Below, in pieces: positions 16,382-26,160 of a stretch of DNA of 64,000 bases. The DNA lies in IMG/VR virus record IMGVR_UViG_3300010376_000001, positions 1 through 64,000 of that record; one strand, given 5' to 3'. The position numbers and the translations under genes were made by a program. The notes beneath the pieces were generated by a model. The model had not been told where the DNA came from, did no database searches, and was given only the letters and a program-made list of their open reading frames with translations. The number at the start of each line of letters is the position of its first letter. Position 1 is the stretch's first letter. The stretch comes from a virus.

Positions 16382-17975
16382 TTCTTTGCTCCGTATCGGT
16401 TTCGAATCCCTGCTCAGTCTTCATTCCAGGAGTGGTCAGTAAGGCAGACTGGATCTGGTGCGCCTCGGCACGCTGTGTCAGGCGATCATGCATCAGGTCC
16501 AGCAGCTTGGGGAATTCTTTTGGATTAAACTTGCTGGAAATATTCTTCTCTCCTGCTGCCAACAGCTCATCATAGCGATCTAATAAGCTCTTGCCCGATT
16601 CTTCACCTACTTCAGCCGGGGCTAGCTCTGCTTCTTTTCTAGTTGGCAGCTTACCTACTTCAGCCGGGGCCAACTCTGATCCACTTGGAGTACCACCCCA
16701 TTCAAAGTGACCTAGGTCATGAAATCGTTCACCACCATAGATATGCCATCTTTCTTCCAGAGTTTGTAATTCTCCTGGGTGTTCATCAATCCACTTCTTA
16801 AAGTCTGGGCTAACTTTATCTCTACCGGTCTGGTTTACATCAATAGCACCACCAAAGGCATGCTCGCTTATTCCCTTAGCCCCTACCTTCTCTCGGTAAT
16901 TCCAGCCGCCGGCTGATGTCACTGGTGCACCGGCTTTTTGTAGATCATTTAGGAATCCCTGGAAATAAGGAGCTGCTTCCTGGTGCACTCGCCAGGTCTG
17001 ATCCCCAACCTTAACGTCAGTTAGACGCGGGTCATCATTGGTCTTGATTGGCTCATCTCCGCGCTTACGGAAGAAATCAGCTACTCCAGTTGGCCCAGCT
17101 TCTTCTTCCTCACGCGATTTTGCTTCAGTTGCCCGGGGCGCCCAGCCCTTCTGGATAGTGCTGGGATGAAAACCTTTAATCTCGATAGGGTTACCGTCTT
17201 GCCCAACCAACTGAACGCTAACCTGGTCTTTGCCAGTTAAACCCAGCTTCTTAGTAGCGCCATAGGTTAGGTCAACCAGGTTCCCCGTCCAGTTAGCCGG
17301 TCCGGCATCAACCAAAGGCATTGTCTCAGTCTGGCCCTTGGCATTAGTAACAACGACCTTGTAATTGCCGTCCTTAATCTGCCGGATAAGACCGGCATCA
17401 GTCGTGTAATCACCAATAGATTGCTTGATTACATCAACTGGCAGTGATGCGCCAACCAGCTTAGGATCGCGCGTGTTGTATCCGAAAGCACCCCAGCCTT
17501 TATCACCCGGATCCAGATATTTTGTATCAACTGTACCATCCGAATTGACTACCGTATTAGGCTGCAAGCCAAACGTGGTAGCTGTGCCGCTTAACTTGTA
17601 AAGATTGCTAGGAGTTGCACTAGCTGCATCAGACTCTGGGGTTGGAGCCGGTGTCGGTGTGTATTGATGGATCGGCTCATTATCGAACTTCTGCCTGGGT
17701 TCCTCAGCTCGGCCAGGGTCGCCCACATTAGAGTAAAGCGTCTGGTAAAACTTGGTCAGGTCATTTAGACCGGCGCCACCCGTTGGATTATAGGATAAAT
17801 AATCTGGCTTGTTGGGAGTATAGATCCCCTGGCCTTGCCCCTGTCCCTCACCACCACTAGGCGTAATGGTAGCCGGTGCTGTTAATTGTGCTGGTTGTTG
17901 CGATAGATCCCAGCCGCCACCTTGGTTTGAAGTAGCTTGAGTAGGATCAACGGCAAGTGACAGTTCACCATCCAC
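16374..17975 (-). CDS. virion-associated peptidoglycan hydrolase: DPBB (RlpA/3D-like) domain plus M15-type peptidase domain
   Basis: M15 signature ..GISEHAFGGAIDVN.. with distal ..HDLGHFEW.. Upstream is ..GTATTFG..VVVTNAKGQTETMPLVDAGPANWTGNLVDLTYGATKKLGL.., typical of double-psi beta-barrel lytic domains. GTG start directly after the upstream TAA. Confidence 0.65.
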   Translation of the reverse strand: MDGELSLAVDPTQATSNQGGGWDLSQQPAQLTAPATITPSGGEGQGQGQGIYTPNKPDYLSYNPTGGAGLNDLTKFYQTLYSNVGDPGRAEEPRQKFDNEPIHQYTPTPAPTPESDAASATPSNLYKLSGTATTFGLQPNTVVNSDGTVDTKYLDPGDKGWGAFGYNTRDPKLVGASLPVDVIKQSIGDYTTDAGLIRQIKDGNYKVVVTNAKGQTETMPLVDAGPANWTGNLVDLTYGATKKLGLTGKDQVSVQLVGQDGNPIEIKGFHPSTIQKGWAPRATEAKSREEEEAGPTGVADFFRKRGDEPIKTNDDPRLTDVKVGDQTWRVHQEAAPYFQGFLNDLQKAGAPVTSAGGWNYREKVGAKGISEHAFGGAIDVNQTGRDKVSPDFKKWIDEHPGELQTLEERWHIYGGERFHDLGHFEWGGTPSGSELAPAEVGKLPTRKEAELAPAEVGEESGKSLLDRYDELLAAGEKNISSKFNPKEFPKLLDLMHDRLTQRAEAHQIQSALLTTPGMKTEQGFETDTEQRNG

Positions 17976-19694
17976 TTATTGGCCAAAGTAAGATTTTTTC
18001 TTGCCGCCACCAAAAAATGATCGTTGATCTTCTTCCAGTTGTGGCTCAGCAAAAACCTCTGGTTCAAATCCAGTAGGTCCAGCTGGAGTAGGTATTGGTG
18101 TTTCAAGTGCTGGTGCTTGAAAATAGGATGTAGCACGTTGTGCTGGTCCAGGAGCCTGTGGATTAAGATTCTGATAGAGCCAGGACCATGGAGTCTGACC
18201 TGACATCCAAGGTTCTTTTTCCTCGTATACATTTCCTCTAAAATAACCGGCTGGTGTATCTGGTGAAGCAGCCGGTGTCGCTGTTGGTGTCGCTGTTGCC
18301 GCTGGCAAAGATGGTTTAGCAGCAGCTGTACCTGCCTTGTGAGAAACAATTACGTCCCCAGGTAATGCTCCGCTTCCACCCTTCTCACCCGTCTTATTTA
18401 ATCCGGCAGCAGATTTTTCAAGCGTGTCTTTGGATGCTCCAGCCTGGCCTTGCCCAGACATTTGTATCTCATGCTGAGTTTCCTTATTGATCTGGTCAAT
18501 CATGTCAGGACCATGCCCACCTTGATCTACCCACTTCTCAACTCGTGATTTAGCATCACGTTGATGAGCCTCCTTTTCTGCCGGACTCCATGCTGGATTG
18601 GCAACTAAGTCACCTTCATCATCAGTAAATTTGGCATGGCTATCGATGGTCTTCTGATCCCAGTTTAGGGCATGCTTTCCGGTATCTTTAATAGAGGCTT
18701 TGGTTAATTCTTCAGCATGCCTGGCGCCAGCCATGGCAGTCTCTTCATCTTTACCCTGGGCTTTGAGCGTTTTATAAGTTTCAACTGAAAGTGCATCCAT
18801 GCCGCGCCGTGCATTCTCATTTTCATTCATCCGGCGACCATACTCATAGGCGCTATTGAATCGTTGCTGGGCAGTCTGATTCTCACCAGCACTATTGTAC
18901 CGATCTAAGAACGCATCTCGACCTTGAGCAGTCCAGGTTGTCATCTCACTCTGGCGATCCAGTTCCTGGCCAAGTGCCATCTGCTTGCCAGTGATCATAG
19001 ATAAGCGCTGCTCACCATAAGCTGTCTTCATATGCGCGTGCGCATCCTGGATAACTTTCTGTAGCTCTGGATTACTATCGATCTTGTAATGATCTACTGG
19101 ACCAAATTTGGCTAAAGCTTGATTCAGCTTATCCAGTTCCTGGTCATCATTAGTTCGATCATCTAGCTCTCGTTTCTTAAGATTTGTTTCCTGTTCTCGA
19201 TAGGCTTTCTGCGATTCCATATCAGCCCGTTGGACATCACGCAGCTGGGCTTCACTTTTTTCTCTATCTCTTTCAAACTGGAGTTGATCCTGTGCCCGAG
19301 TTTCGTCTACTTTATTGTGCCGCTCAGCTTCTCGTTCCCTATCTCCTTCTAAGCCTAATAGACCGGTCTGATAGGTTTCATCTGCTCGATTATGCCGAGC
19401 AACTTCATCTTGTGCTCTACCGCGTAAAGCCAGGTCCAGTACGTCATGCTGTTCCTTAATCAGATTGGCTCGCTTGGTTTCATTCAGCTCAGATCCTCTC
19501 AGCCCAAGCTCTTGCAATTTATTAGCTAGCTCCTGACTCTGGTAATAGGTACCCCAGGAGAACTCAGCCGGAGCTAACGCGGCCTTGATCGCCTCCCCGT
19601 ACATGGCGACATAGTTCGGGGCATGCTCTGGCTTGGCAATCTGGGCGGCACTACCGCCACCAGTTGGTTCAATCAGTTGAGGGCCTTCTGCCAT
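17976..19694 (-). CDS. charged coiled-coil protein, putative internal or ejection protein
   Basis: 572 aa with a long Glu/Arg/Lys/Gln-rich helical region and a Pro/Ala-rich C-terminus. The call is by position, between a Gly-rich protein and the peptidoglycan hydrolase. Confidence 0.45.
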   Translation of the reverse strand: MAEGPQLIEPTGGGSAAQIAKPEHAPNYVAMYGEAIKAALAPAEFSWGTYYQSQELANKLQELGLRGSELNETKRANLIKEQHDVLDLALRGRAQDEVARHNRADETYQTGLLGLEGDREREAERHNKVDETRAQDQLQFERDREKSEAQLRDVQRADMESQKAYREQETNLKKRELDDRTNDDQELDKLNQALAKFGPVDHYKIDSNPELQKVIQDAHAHMKTAYGEQRLSMITGKQMALGQELDRQSEMTTWTAQGRDAFLDRYNSAGENQTAQQRFNSAYEYGRRMNENENARRGMDALSVETYKTLKAQGKDEETAMAGARHAEELTKASIKDTGKHALNWDQKTIDSHAKFTDDEGDLVANPAWSPAEKEAHQRDAKSRVEKWVDQGGHGPDMIDQINKETQHEIQMSGQGQAGASKDTLEKSAAGLNKTGEKGGSGALPGDVIVSHKAGTAAAKPSLPAATATPTATPAASPDTPAGYFRGNVYEEKEPWMSGQTPWSWLYQNLNPQAPGPAQRATSYFQAPALETPIPTPAGPTGFEPEVFAEPQLEEDQRSFFGGGKKKSYFGQ

Positions 19695-19700
19695 AAACTT

Positions 19701-20579
19701 TTAGAATCCGCTTAACGCCGAAACTAGATCAGCATTTGAAAGAGTATCCTCTCCACCTAAAAATCCCCAGCCGCTACTTGAGCCGCCCCCACCACCGCCG
19801 CCACCGCCGCTAAAAAAATTGCCTATGGAGCCAGCCAGTCCGGTTGATAATCCACTTGGGTTACTGGCACTGCCAAACAAGCCACTGAAGATACCACCCA
19901 GGCTACTCTGTTGCTTGGCTTGCTGGGCCATTTGCATAGCATTAGCCTGCTGGGCCATCCCGGCATTGATTATCTGTTGCTGGTTTTGTACCTCGTTATT
20001 GTAATAATTCTTTTGATCATCTCTGGCCAGGATCTGAGCTGGGCTAAATAGAAGCTGTCCTGGATTAATGAAGCCGGGTATCATACTCTTGGCAGCGTTT
20101 AGTCCGGCTCCATAAAGACCAACTCCTTGCTGCTGCAGGTTCATACTGGTCTGCCCAAAATCGCGTGCCGTCAGATTCGATGCCATGCCAGTGCCACCAT
20201 ATCCGCCAGTCAATGCCTGTTGTGCTGTAGCACGCTGGATCTGGGATTGAACATCCTGTGGAATCTGACCTTGCATGTAACTCTGAGCCAGGTTGGAAAT
20301 CTGACCAAGCTGCTTAGTTGCCCCAGGGTAGAGCTGGTTAAGCATCTGGGTATACTGCTGCATAGCAGTCTGGTTAATCTGATTAGTAAAACCAGCTACC
20401 CCTGGAAATGATCCTGCCTCATTGATGTAACCCCAAAGCCCGGCGTTTACATCCGGCAGATCAATTGTCTTTAATTTGACGGATGGTGTGCTACCGCCAC
20501 CACCACCTAGTATACCGCTACCCAGTACACCGCCGGCTATTGAACCGACTGCGCCGATTGCTGCACCTAAGACTCCCAT
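19701..20579 (-). CDS. Gly/Gln-rich putative internal virion or membrane-active protein
   Basis: N-terminal GVLGAAIGAVGSIAGGVLGSGILGGGGG, a Gln/Asn/Ala-rich core and a G9 tract near the C-terminus. Confidence 0.45.
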   Translation of the reverse strand: MGVLGAAIGAVGSIAGGVLGSGILGGGGGSTPSVKLKTIDLPDVNAGLWGYINEAGSFPGVAGFTNQINQTAMQQYTQMLNQLYPGATKQLGQISNLAQSYMQGQIPQDVQSQIQRATAQQALTGGYGGTGMASNLTARDFGQTSMNLQQQGVGLYGAGLNAAKSMIPGFINPGQLLFSPAQILARDDQKNYYNNEVQNQQQIINAGMAQQANAMQMAQQAKQQSSLGGIFSGLFGSASNPSGLSTGLAGSIGNFFSGGGGGGGGGSSSGWGFLGGEDTLSNADLVSALSGF

Positions 20580-21106
20580 AGCTTTAATCCTTCATGCTTG
20601 GCGACAAACTCTTTGGCCTTCCGTAAGATGACTTCTTTAGGTACTGTGATATTGAAAGTTTCCAGCATCTCAGTTCGATCTTTATTCAAAGGCACCTCCG
20701 GCATCAGGAAGTTCCAGATCCCAGGCGCATCGAAATTGTGATAATTAACAACCAGTGGATTATGCTTCTCTTCAATCTGGTCCAGTGCCTGGTTCATCCG
20801 CTCAATCAGTTCCGGACAATGCCAGCCAAGCGCATCTAGACTATGCACAACTTCAACTGCTGGCCGGCGAACTAAAACCAATTTGGCAATTGGAAAGATC
20901 TTTAAAAGCCGGTCCAGTAACAGGGTATTCAAACTGTCACTGGTACCGACATACTGCTTGCCTGTAGCTCGAAACAAAAACGGTAAGTCCTCAACTCCGC
21001 ACTCGTTAAATGGTTCATGGAAACAATGGCAGGCACTGTAGGACAAAAAGTTTGCCAGCCAAGCTGTTCGTGACCGGGGAAGTGCGCAGATGAAGAATGT
21101 GTTCAC
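20567..21106 (-). CDS. sulfotransferase-fold-like protein (tentative)
   Basis: N-terminal FFICALPRSRTAWLANFL resembles the PAPS 5'-phosphosulfate loop (PxSGTT). LVLVRRPAVEVVHSL resembles the RxPxDxxxS 3'-phosphate motif. GTGA overlap with the upstream gene. Confidence 0.45.
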   Translation of the reverse strand: MNTFFICALPRSRTAWLANFLSYSACHCFHEPFNECGVEDLPFLFRATGKQYVGTSDSLNTLLLDRLLKIFPIAKLVLVRRPAVEVVHSLDALGWHCPELIERMNQALDQIEEKHNPLVVNYHNFDAPGIWNFLMPEVPLNKDRTEMLETFNITVPKEVILRKAKEFVAKHEGLKLWES

Positions 21107-21393
21107 TTGGTCCGAGTACCGCTATCCCAGTCCTTCTGGCAAGCAGCGCGTGCCTCCTCTATGCTGTGTACATTTTCCGCAACGACATTGTTAAGGGTAC
21201 CCCTCCCTCGTTTTTCCAGGACAATTGCCAGGAACGTACCATTCTCATGATCATGAATTCGATACGTAGTTCCCGGGCTGGGTGCGCCAACCAGGGTGGC
21301 TGAAGTGGCTTCGTCTGCTACGGCTACCTGCTGGCCTGGTTCAACTCTTTCGGGGCCAGTCAGTGAACCTTCTTTCCAGTTTATTGTACTCAT
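21103..21393 (-). CDS. hypothetical protein
   Basis: 96-aa ORF filling the gap in the co-directional operon. The ATG follows the upstream TAG by 6 nt. Confidence 0.5.
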   Translation of the reverse strand: MSTINWKEGSLTGPERVEPGQQVAVADEATSATLVGAPSPGTTYRIHDHENGTFLAIVLEKRGRGTLNNVVAENVHSIEEARAACQKDWDSGTRTK

Positions 21394-21399
21394 ATTTTT

Positions 21400-23478
21400 C
21401 TACCATCCGGTATCTGCCACGAATTGAAAACGGTAAGATTGAGATGCTATGCTACTGGTCATCACGATATAGTCCAGAGACTTGGAGGTAACCTCAGTAC
21501 TGGTAACGGCATAGGAAACACCACCTGGAAAAGAGGTAGCCTGGTTCACCGTACCGTTATTGTTGTAGATGGTTACCGCTGGTACCTTGGCCATTTGTAC
21601 GGGGAAGGGAATTGATCCAAACCCATATCCAGCGGCAAAGGAGTGCATCCATTTTTCACCGGCAGTGGTATTGGTGGCTACCGCTGTAGCATCCTCGTAG
21701 CTCTTGTAGTAATAGCGGAAGCAGTCATTCCGGTTTTCAATCCAGGCTTTATCAATGATACTGCCGGCAGTATTGCCCGGTTCATGCTGGATAAAGGCAA
21801 TATCTATGGTTGAGCCAGCCGGTGAGGCAGCGAAATTACTCTGACCAGCAGCCCCTTTAAAGTTGCCGGGTGCCCACACATTATTGGCAGCTGCCATGAA
21901 GGTAGGCCCAGAGAACAGGCAAAGGCCAAGTACGTACCCCACTGTACCGGGGAGCAATGACCAGGTGGCACTAGGGTTCCACGGTGCGATATTGGATAAG
22001 GGAACAACTGTCCAGGTATTGGCAGTAGTCAGGGCAACTGGCAGCGTCAGACTATTTGTCCCAGCCGCATCCTGCAGGTGTAACCCAAGAGTTATGTTGG
22101 GTACACTGGAGCGTAACACAACCGTGATTGCAGTGTTTCCGGCAATCAGCTCGCGTAAGGCAATACCTTCAACACTCTGTTGCAGGTACGCTCGGTCAGT
22201 TGCGCCAAGTGTAACCTGCTGGGTAGTAAGCGTGATCCGGTAAAACTTGGATGAAAGACTAAAGGCAGCTCCAGGCAAGACTATACCGCTGGGTGCGGCA
22301 GTTTGCTTACCAGTAAAGACTGCGCCACCAGAGCCGGTACTAATAAACCATTGCCAACGGTCCAGGCCCCAGGTGCCATTTCCAGCCTGGCCGGCACCAG
22401 CGGTGCGTGAATCAACCTCGAAGTTCGGGTTGTGCAAGCTGTTAAAACTACGGACAAAAGGCGCTACCAGCTTAATCTGGCCAACCAGGTCATGACAGGC
22501 ATTATCGCCACCGATGTAATCAGTGGTTAGTCCACTGACCTTATTGAGTAGTCCCGCTTGAGTAGTGTCAGCCAGTGGTACAGTAGGTCCAACCGGTACC
22601 GGATTAGAGGCTTTAATGCAGTAGGTCAGGACCAGGAACGGGCTCATGTTATTGTGCCCAGCACCGGATCCAACACTGGTTGCGCTTGCCGTAATCCCGG
22701 TAGCAACTGAGTTGACATTAATCGCCGCTGCATTTGCTACCGTACACCCTGTACCAGCTGCTTGGATCCCAGTACCCGAGGCACTATTGTAGCAGCCCGT
22801 ACCTGAATTCTGGATTAGACCACCAGCCCCAGCAGCACCTGATTGAACACGACCCAGATTGCTTGTAGCCGTACAGTTCGTTGTCCAGCTTATCGTGTGC
22901 GAATGCTGTGGATCATTCAGCCCATGATTGTGTCCTGGGTCACCGTGATTATGCCCTGGATCACTGAAGGTGTGGCCGTGAGCCGGCAGGGTATGCAGGT
23001 GCTTGGGATCATTGATACTGATCGAATGAGTGTGCGATGCTGACTCGGCCAGAGTTAGGATGTGATTCTCTTCACCACCAGTATCGCCCAGGTTACGCAA
23101 GCTTAACCCGCTACCTTGCCCAGAACCCAGGATCATGCGGCCCAGCAGGTTTGGCGTATTGAACGTGGTTGAACCATCACCCTGGCCAAAGGGCGAACTG
23201 GCACCACCCAGAATAGCGTAGAGCGCAGCGTAGGTATTCCGGTTCTGTTGTGCTCCATCACAAAGTAAGCTACCCGCTGGTGGAGTTAAGGAGGGCCAGG
23301 CAAATATAGTCCCAATCATCATCCCCTCTGGCCCGGTTGGTCCTGGCGGCCCTTGTGGTCCCACACCATACGGCCCTTGAATACCTTGTGGCCCTTGCGC
23401 ACCACCAGGGCTGACTAGCGCACCGGTTGGTACCGCAGTACCGGGGACCGCATCCTGCTGAATTGGGGTTCCGTTCAT
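21400..23478 (-). CDS. tail fibre: short collagen-like tract, phage tail-collar domain, HxH repeat shaft and C-terminal receptor-binding-type domain
   Basis: [27 protein letters not shown], then the collar motif ..LLCDGAQQNRNTYAALYAILG..TFNTPNLLGRM..GGEENHILTLAE... HxH run HTHSISINDPKHLHTLPAHGHTFSDPGHNHGDPGHNHGLNDPQHSHT. The C-terminus is paralogous to that of 43586..46330 ([42 protein letters not shown]). Confidence 0.8.
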   Translation of the reverse strand: MNGTPIQQDAVPGTAVPTGALVSPGGAQGPQGIQGPYGVGPQGPPGPTGPEGMMIGTIFAWPSLTPPAGSLLCDGAQQNRNTYAALYAILGGASSPFGQGDGSTTFNTPNLLGRMILGSGQGSGLSLRNLGDTGGEENHILTLAESASHTHSISINDPKHLHTLPAHGHTFSDPGHNHGDPGHNHGLNDPQHSHTISWTTNCTATSNLGRVQSGAAGAGGLIQNSGTGCYNSASGTGIQAAGTGCTVANAAAINVNSVATGITASATSVGSGAGHNNMSPFLVLTYCIKASNPVPVGPTVPLADTTQAGLLNKVSGLTTDYIGGDNACHDLVGQIKLVAPFVRSFNSLHNPNFEVDSRTAGAGQAGNGTWGLDRWQWFISTGSGGAVFTGKQTAAPSGIVLPGAAFSLSSKFYRITLTTQQVTLGATDRAYLQQSVEGIALRELIAGNTAITVVLRSSVPNITLGLHLQDAAGTNSLTLPVALTTANTWTVVPLSNIAPWNPSATWSLLPGTVGYVLGLCLFSGPTFMAAANNVWAPGNFKGAAGQSNFAASPAGSTIDIAFIQHEPGNTAGSIIDKAWIENRNDCFRYYYKSYEDATAVATNTTAGEKWMHSFAAGYGFGSIPFPVQMAKVPAVTIYNNNGTVNQATSFPGGVSYAVTSTEVTSKSLDYIVMTSSIASQSYRFQFVADTGW

Positions 23479-26156
23479 TTCAGATAAAGACTGCCATTTA
23501 TCACGGTCCCATTGGCCATGAAGTTATTGCCGTTGGTAAGACTCTGTGCGGCGCTACTCAGCTGGGTAGCAACTGATCCAGCTACGGTATTGGCCAGGAT
23601 CCACCAGACCGCTCCTCCAGCGCACTGTAACAGATAGGTTAACGCCGCTGAGTAAAGGTTTACGAGATCGATTGAAACCGGGGTGCCTTCAGCTAGGTGA
23701 GCAAAGGTGACATTGATGCTCTGGCCCGAGGCATTCATCTGTATCCAAACGCTGACTGCATCGTAGCCAGCACACTCGATTGTCACTGTACCTGGGTTAG
23801 TGCCGCGATAAATTCGGGTAATCGGTGTAACAAGACGCCAGGAAGTACCGTCATAGACTACCCCAAACATCTTGCCAGCGGCCAGCTCGCTAGCACTGAG
23901 CGCGATGTTGGAACGGTTGACGATTGCCTTAACTCCAGTCCCATTGACGTTCAGGGTTGGGCTGGCCGCACTATTGGCATTGGTTGGCAGTACCCAGACA
24001 ACTACACCTGGAGTTAAAAGAAAATCACTGGCTACACTGACTATGTAAGCTCCGCTATTGGCTGTGTCTGTACCGTAGTACCGTCCTAAAGTTAAAGCCG
24101 ATACCGCACCGGCCAGGTTCTGGGCTGTATCAGTTCCATCAATAAAGTCAGTAGTACGACCGCTTAAGGGCGCCATTAAACCAGGCGCAGTCGTAGTGGC
24201 TAACGGTATAGCAGGAGCTTGTGGTGGCGTTAAAAGGGTAAGCTGGTTCCCGGCCTTAGATACAACCTGTAATGAACCGGAGTGACCAACCCCACCACCA
24301 GCCTGATCAATCCAGACCATTTGCCCGGGCACAACCCAGCTGGCATCTGATACGGTAACAACTACTGTGCTACCAACAGGTGGGACAGTGAATCCAGCAC
24401 TAGTCAGAGTAACCGCATTGGTTCCAGCTGGCCCAGTGGGGCCAACCGACCCAGCTGGACCTGCTACACCAGTGGGTCCTATCGGGCCGGAGGCGCCAAC
24501 ATTCGCCCCGGAATTGACAACTGTTCCAGGTGCGACATTGATCGGGTAGCCCAGGTTCTGGCAGGTAGCGACACTGCCAGCTACCGAGACAACGGTGTAA
24601 TAACCGCCGCCGTTAATGTAAAGAACTAGCCCAGGTGAAACACCACCTACTCCAGCGAGGGTAATCCCAACTGTAGAATTGACCGCTGGCTGGGTATAAT
24701 TAGCTGCGGTAGTGGTAGCGACAGTCGTACCAGCCGGTCCCGGCGGTCCCATCGCGCCATTGGTACCCGGTGTGCCAGCCGGTCCTTGTACACCAGTAGG
24801 ACCTTGCGCACCAGTAGCAGATACGAGACTCCCCTGAGCAACATTGGTACCCGCCGGGACTACCGGCGAGATACAAGTCAGGATCACCTGGTTTCCGGTC
24901 TGGATAGCCTGGACCTGGTACGAACCAGATCCCGCAATAAAGACATTGCAGTAGGGTACCAACCATCCTGTGTTATCAAAGGGAACAGTAATGGTTTGGC
25001 CAGCTGAAGGCGAACTAAAGGGCGCAGTCGTCTTACTCAGTGCGCTGATCCCGGTCGGTCCCTGTGCTCCGGTAATACCAGCTGCGCCTGAAGAAGTAAC
25101 CAGCCCCCCGGCCGACAGGATTGTACCAGCTGCGTGATTCTCCGGCACACCCGTATTGAGTATCGTCAGGGTATTGGCATCATTAACCTGCTGGACCAGG
25201 TAATAACCCAATCCATTCAAAAATACATATTGCCCAGCCTGAACCCAGTTTGTGGCAACTACTTTAAGAGTGCCATTCACATTAACTGGTGGCGCTACAA
25301 ACTGCGCAGTCGTGGTAGTGAAACAGCCTTGCCCAATCGGACCAACTGGACCAGCAGCCCCGACCGGACCTGCTACTCCGGTTGGTCCTTGTGGACCAGA
25401 GCCAATTACTGAAGTCGTAATTGGTACAGTCGTACCCGCAATCGGGTTTCCTGGTGTGCCACTATCAGTGATCGTGACATGAGTACCATCAGGTACAGCG
25501 GTCACTACATAGTAGCCAATCCAGCTCAAAGTATTGAAATAAAGGACCGTACCTGGGATCAGACCCGCGCTGGAATTAACCGAGATCGTTACAGTAGCTG
25601 GAGATTTGCCAGGGGTTACCGCAGCTGCTGTAGTAACACTGGAATAGGCTACTCCCGGTGGCCCAATTGGGCCTGGTATTCCTTGTGGCCCGGAGGCGCC
25701 AATCACTCCCTGCGGTCCCTGTGGACCAGTTGGCCCGATTGACCCGGAGATCGATACCTGGTTACCGACCGGCACGGTTGTACCGGATAGCGCGTTACCC
25801 TGCGCCCCGGTATTGAGCAGTGATACCGTGCCGGAGGTGAGCGCACTCACTGTAAAGTAACCGGCCCCCTGTACATAAACTTCCATACCGACCTGAAGCC
25901 AGTAGGTAGGCGTCATATTAACTACGACCTGGGTAATACCGTCTACAGGCGGTACCTCAAATGGAAGTGTAGTGATGCTGACTACACCCTGCCCGGCATC
26001 GCCCGTCGGGCCAGAAGGTCCCGGAGGACCAGTTAATCCCGGTGGTCCAGCCGGTCCTTGTGGACCTTCCGGCCCGGTAAAATCGATTTCGGTTTCAATC
26101 GGTCCAGCTGTCTGGATATCGACATTGATCGCACCGGTATAATCTAGTGCTGGCAT
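23475..26156 (-). CDS. beads-on-a-string fibre: six ~70-90-aa beta modules separated by collagen-like G-X-Y tracts
   Basis: Module consensus F-x-V-P-x-V-G..V.V....W...GQ.V.....G.Y.V......V.L.N recurs six times with G-X-Y spacers. The C-terminal ~200 aa are paralogous to the C-terminus of 42413..43582 (..NPTLNVNGTG.K..VN.., ..YDGTSWR.., ..IECAG..). Confidence 0.8.
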   Translation of the reverse strand: MPALDYTGAINVDIQTAGPIETEIDFTGPEGPQGPAGPPGLTGPPGPSGPTGDAGQGVVSITTLPFEVPPVDGITQVVVNMTPTYWLQVGMEVYVQGAGYFTVSALTSGTVSLLNTGAQGNALSGTTVPVGNQVSISGSIGPTGPQGPQGVIGASGPQGIPGPIGPPGVAYSSVTTAAAVTPGKSPATVTISVNSSAGLIPGTVLYFNTLSWIGYYVVTAVPDGTHVTITDSGTPGNPIAGTTVPITTSVIGSGPQGPTGVAGPVGAAGPVGPIGQGCFTTTTAQFVAPPVNVNGTLKVVATNWVQAGQYVFLNGLGYYLVQQVNDANTLTILNTGVPENHAAGTILSAGGLVTSSGAAGITGAQGPTGISALSKTTAPFSSPSAGQTITVPFDNTGWLVPYCNVFIAGSGSYQVQAIQTGNQVILTCISPVVPAGTNVAQGSLVSATGAQGPTGVQGPAGTPGTNGAMGPPGPAGTTVATTTAANYTQPAVNSTVGITLAGVGGVSPGLVLYINGGGYYTVVSVAGSVATCQNLGYPINVAPGTVVNSGANVGASGPIGPTGVAGPAGSVGPTGPAGTNAVTLTSAGFTVPPVGSTVVVTVSDASWVVPGQMVWIDQAGGGVGHSGSLQVVSKAGNQLTLLTPPQAPAIPLATTTAPGLMAPLSGRTTDFIDGTDTAQNLAGAVSALTLGRYYGTDTANSGAYIVSVASDFLLTPGVVVWVLPTNANSAASPTLNVNGTGVKAIVNRSNIALSASELAAGKMFGVVYDGTSWRLVTPITRIYRGTNPGTVTIECAGYDAVSVWIQMNASGQSINVTFAHLAEGTPVSIDLVNLYSAALTYLLQCAGGAVWWILANTVAGSVATQLSSAAQSLTNGNNFMANGTVINGSLYLK

Positions 26157-26160
26157 AGTG

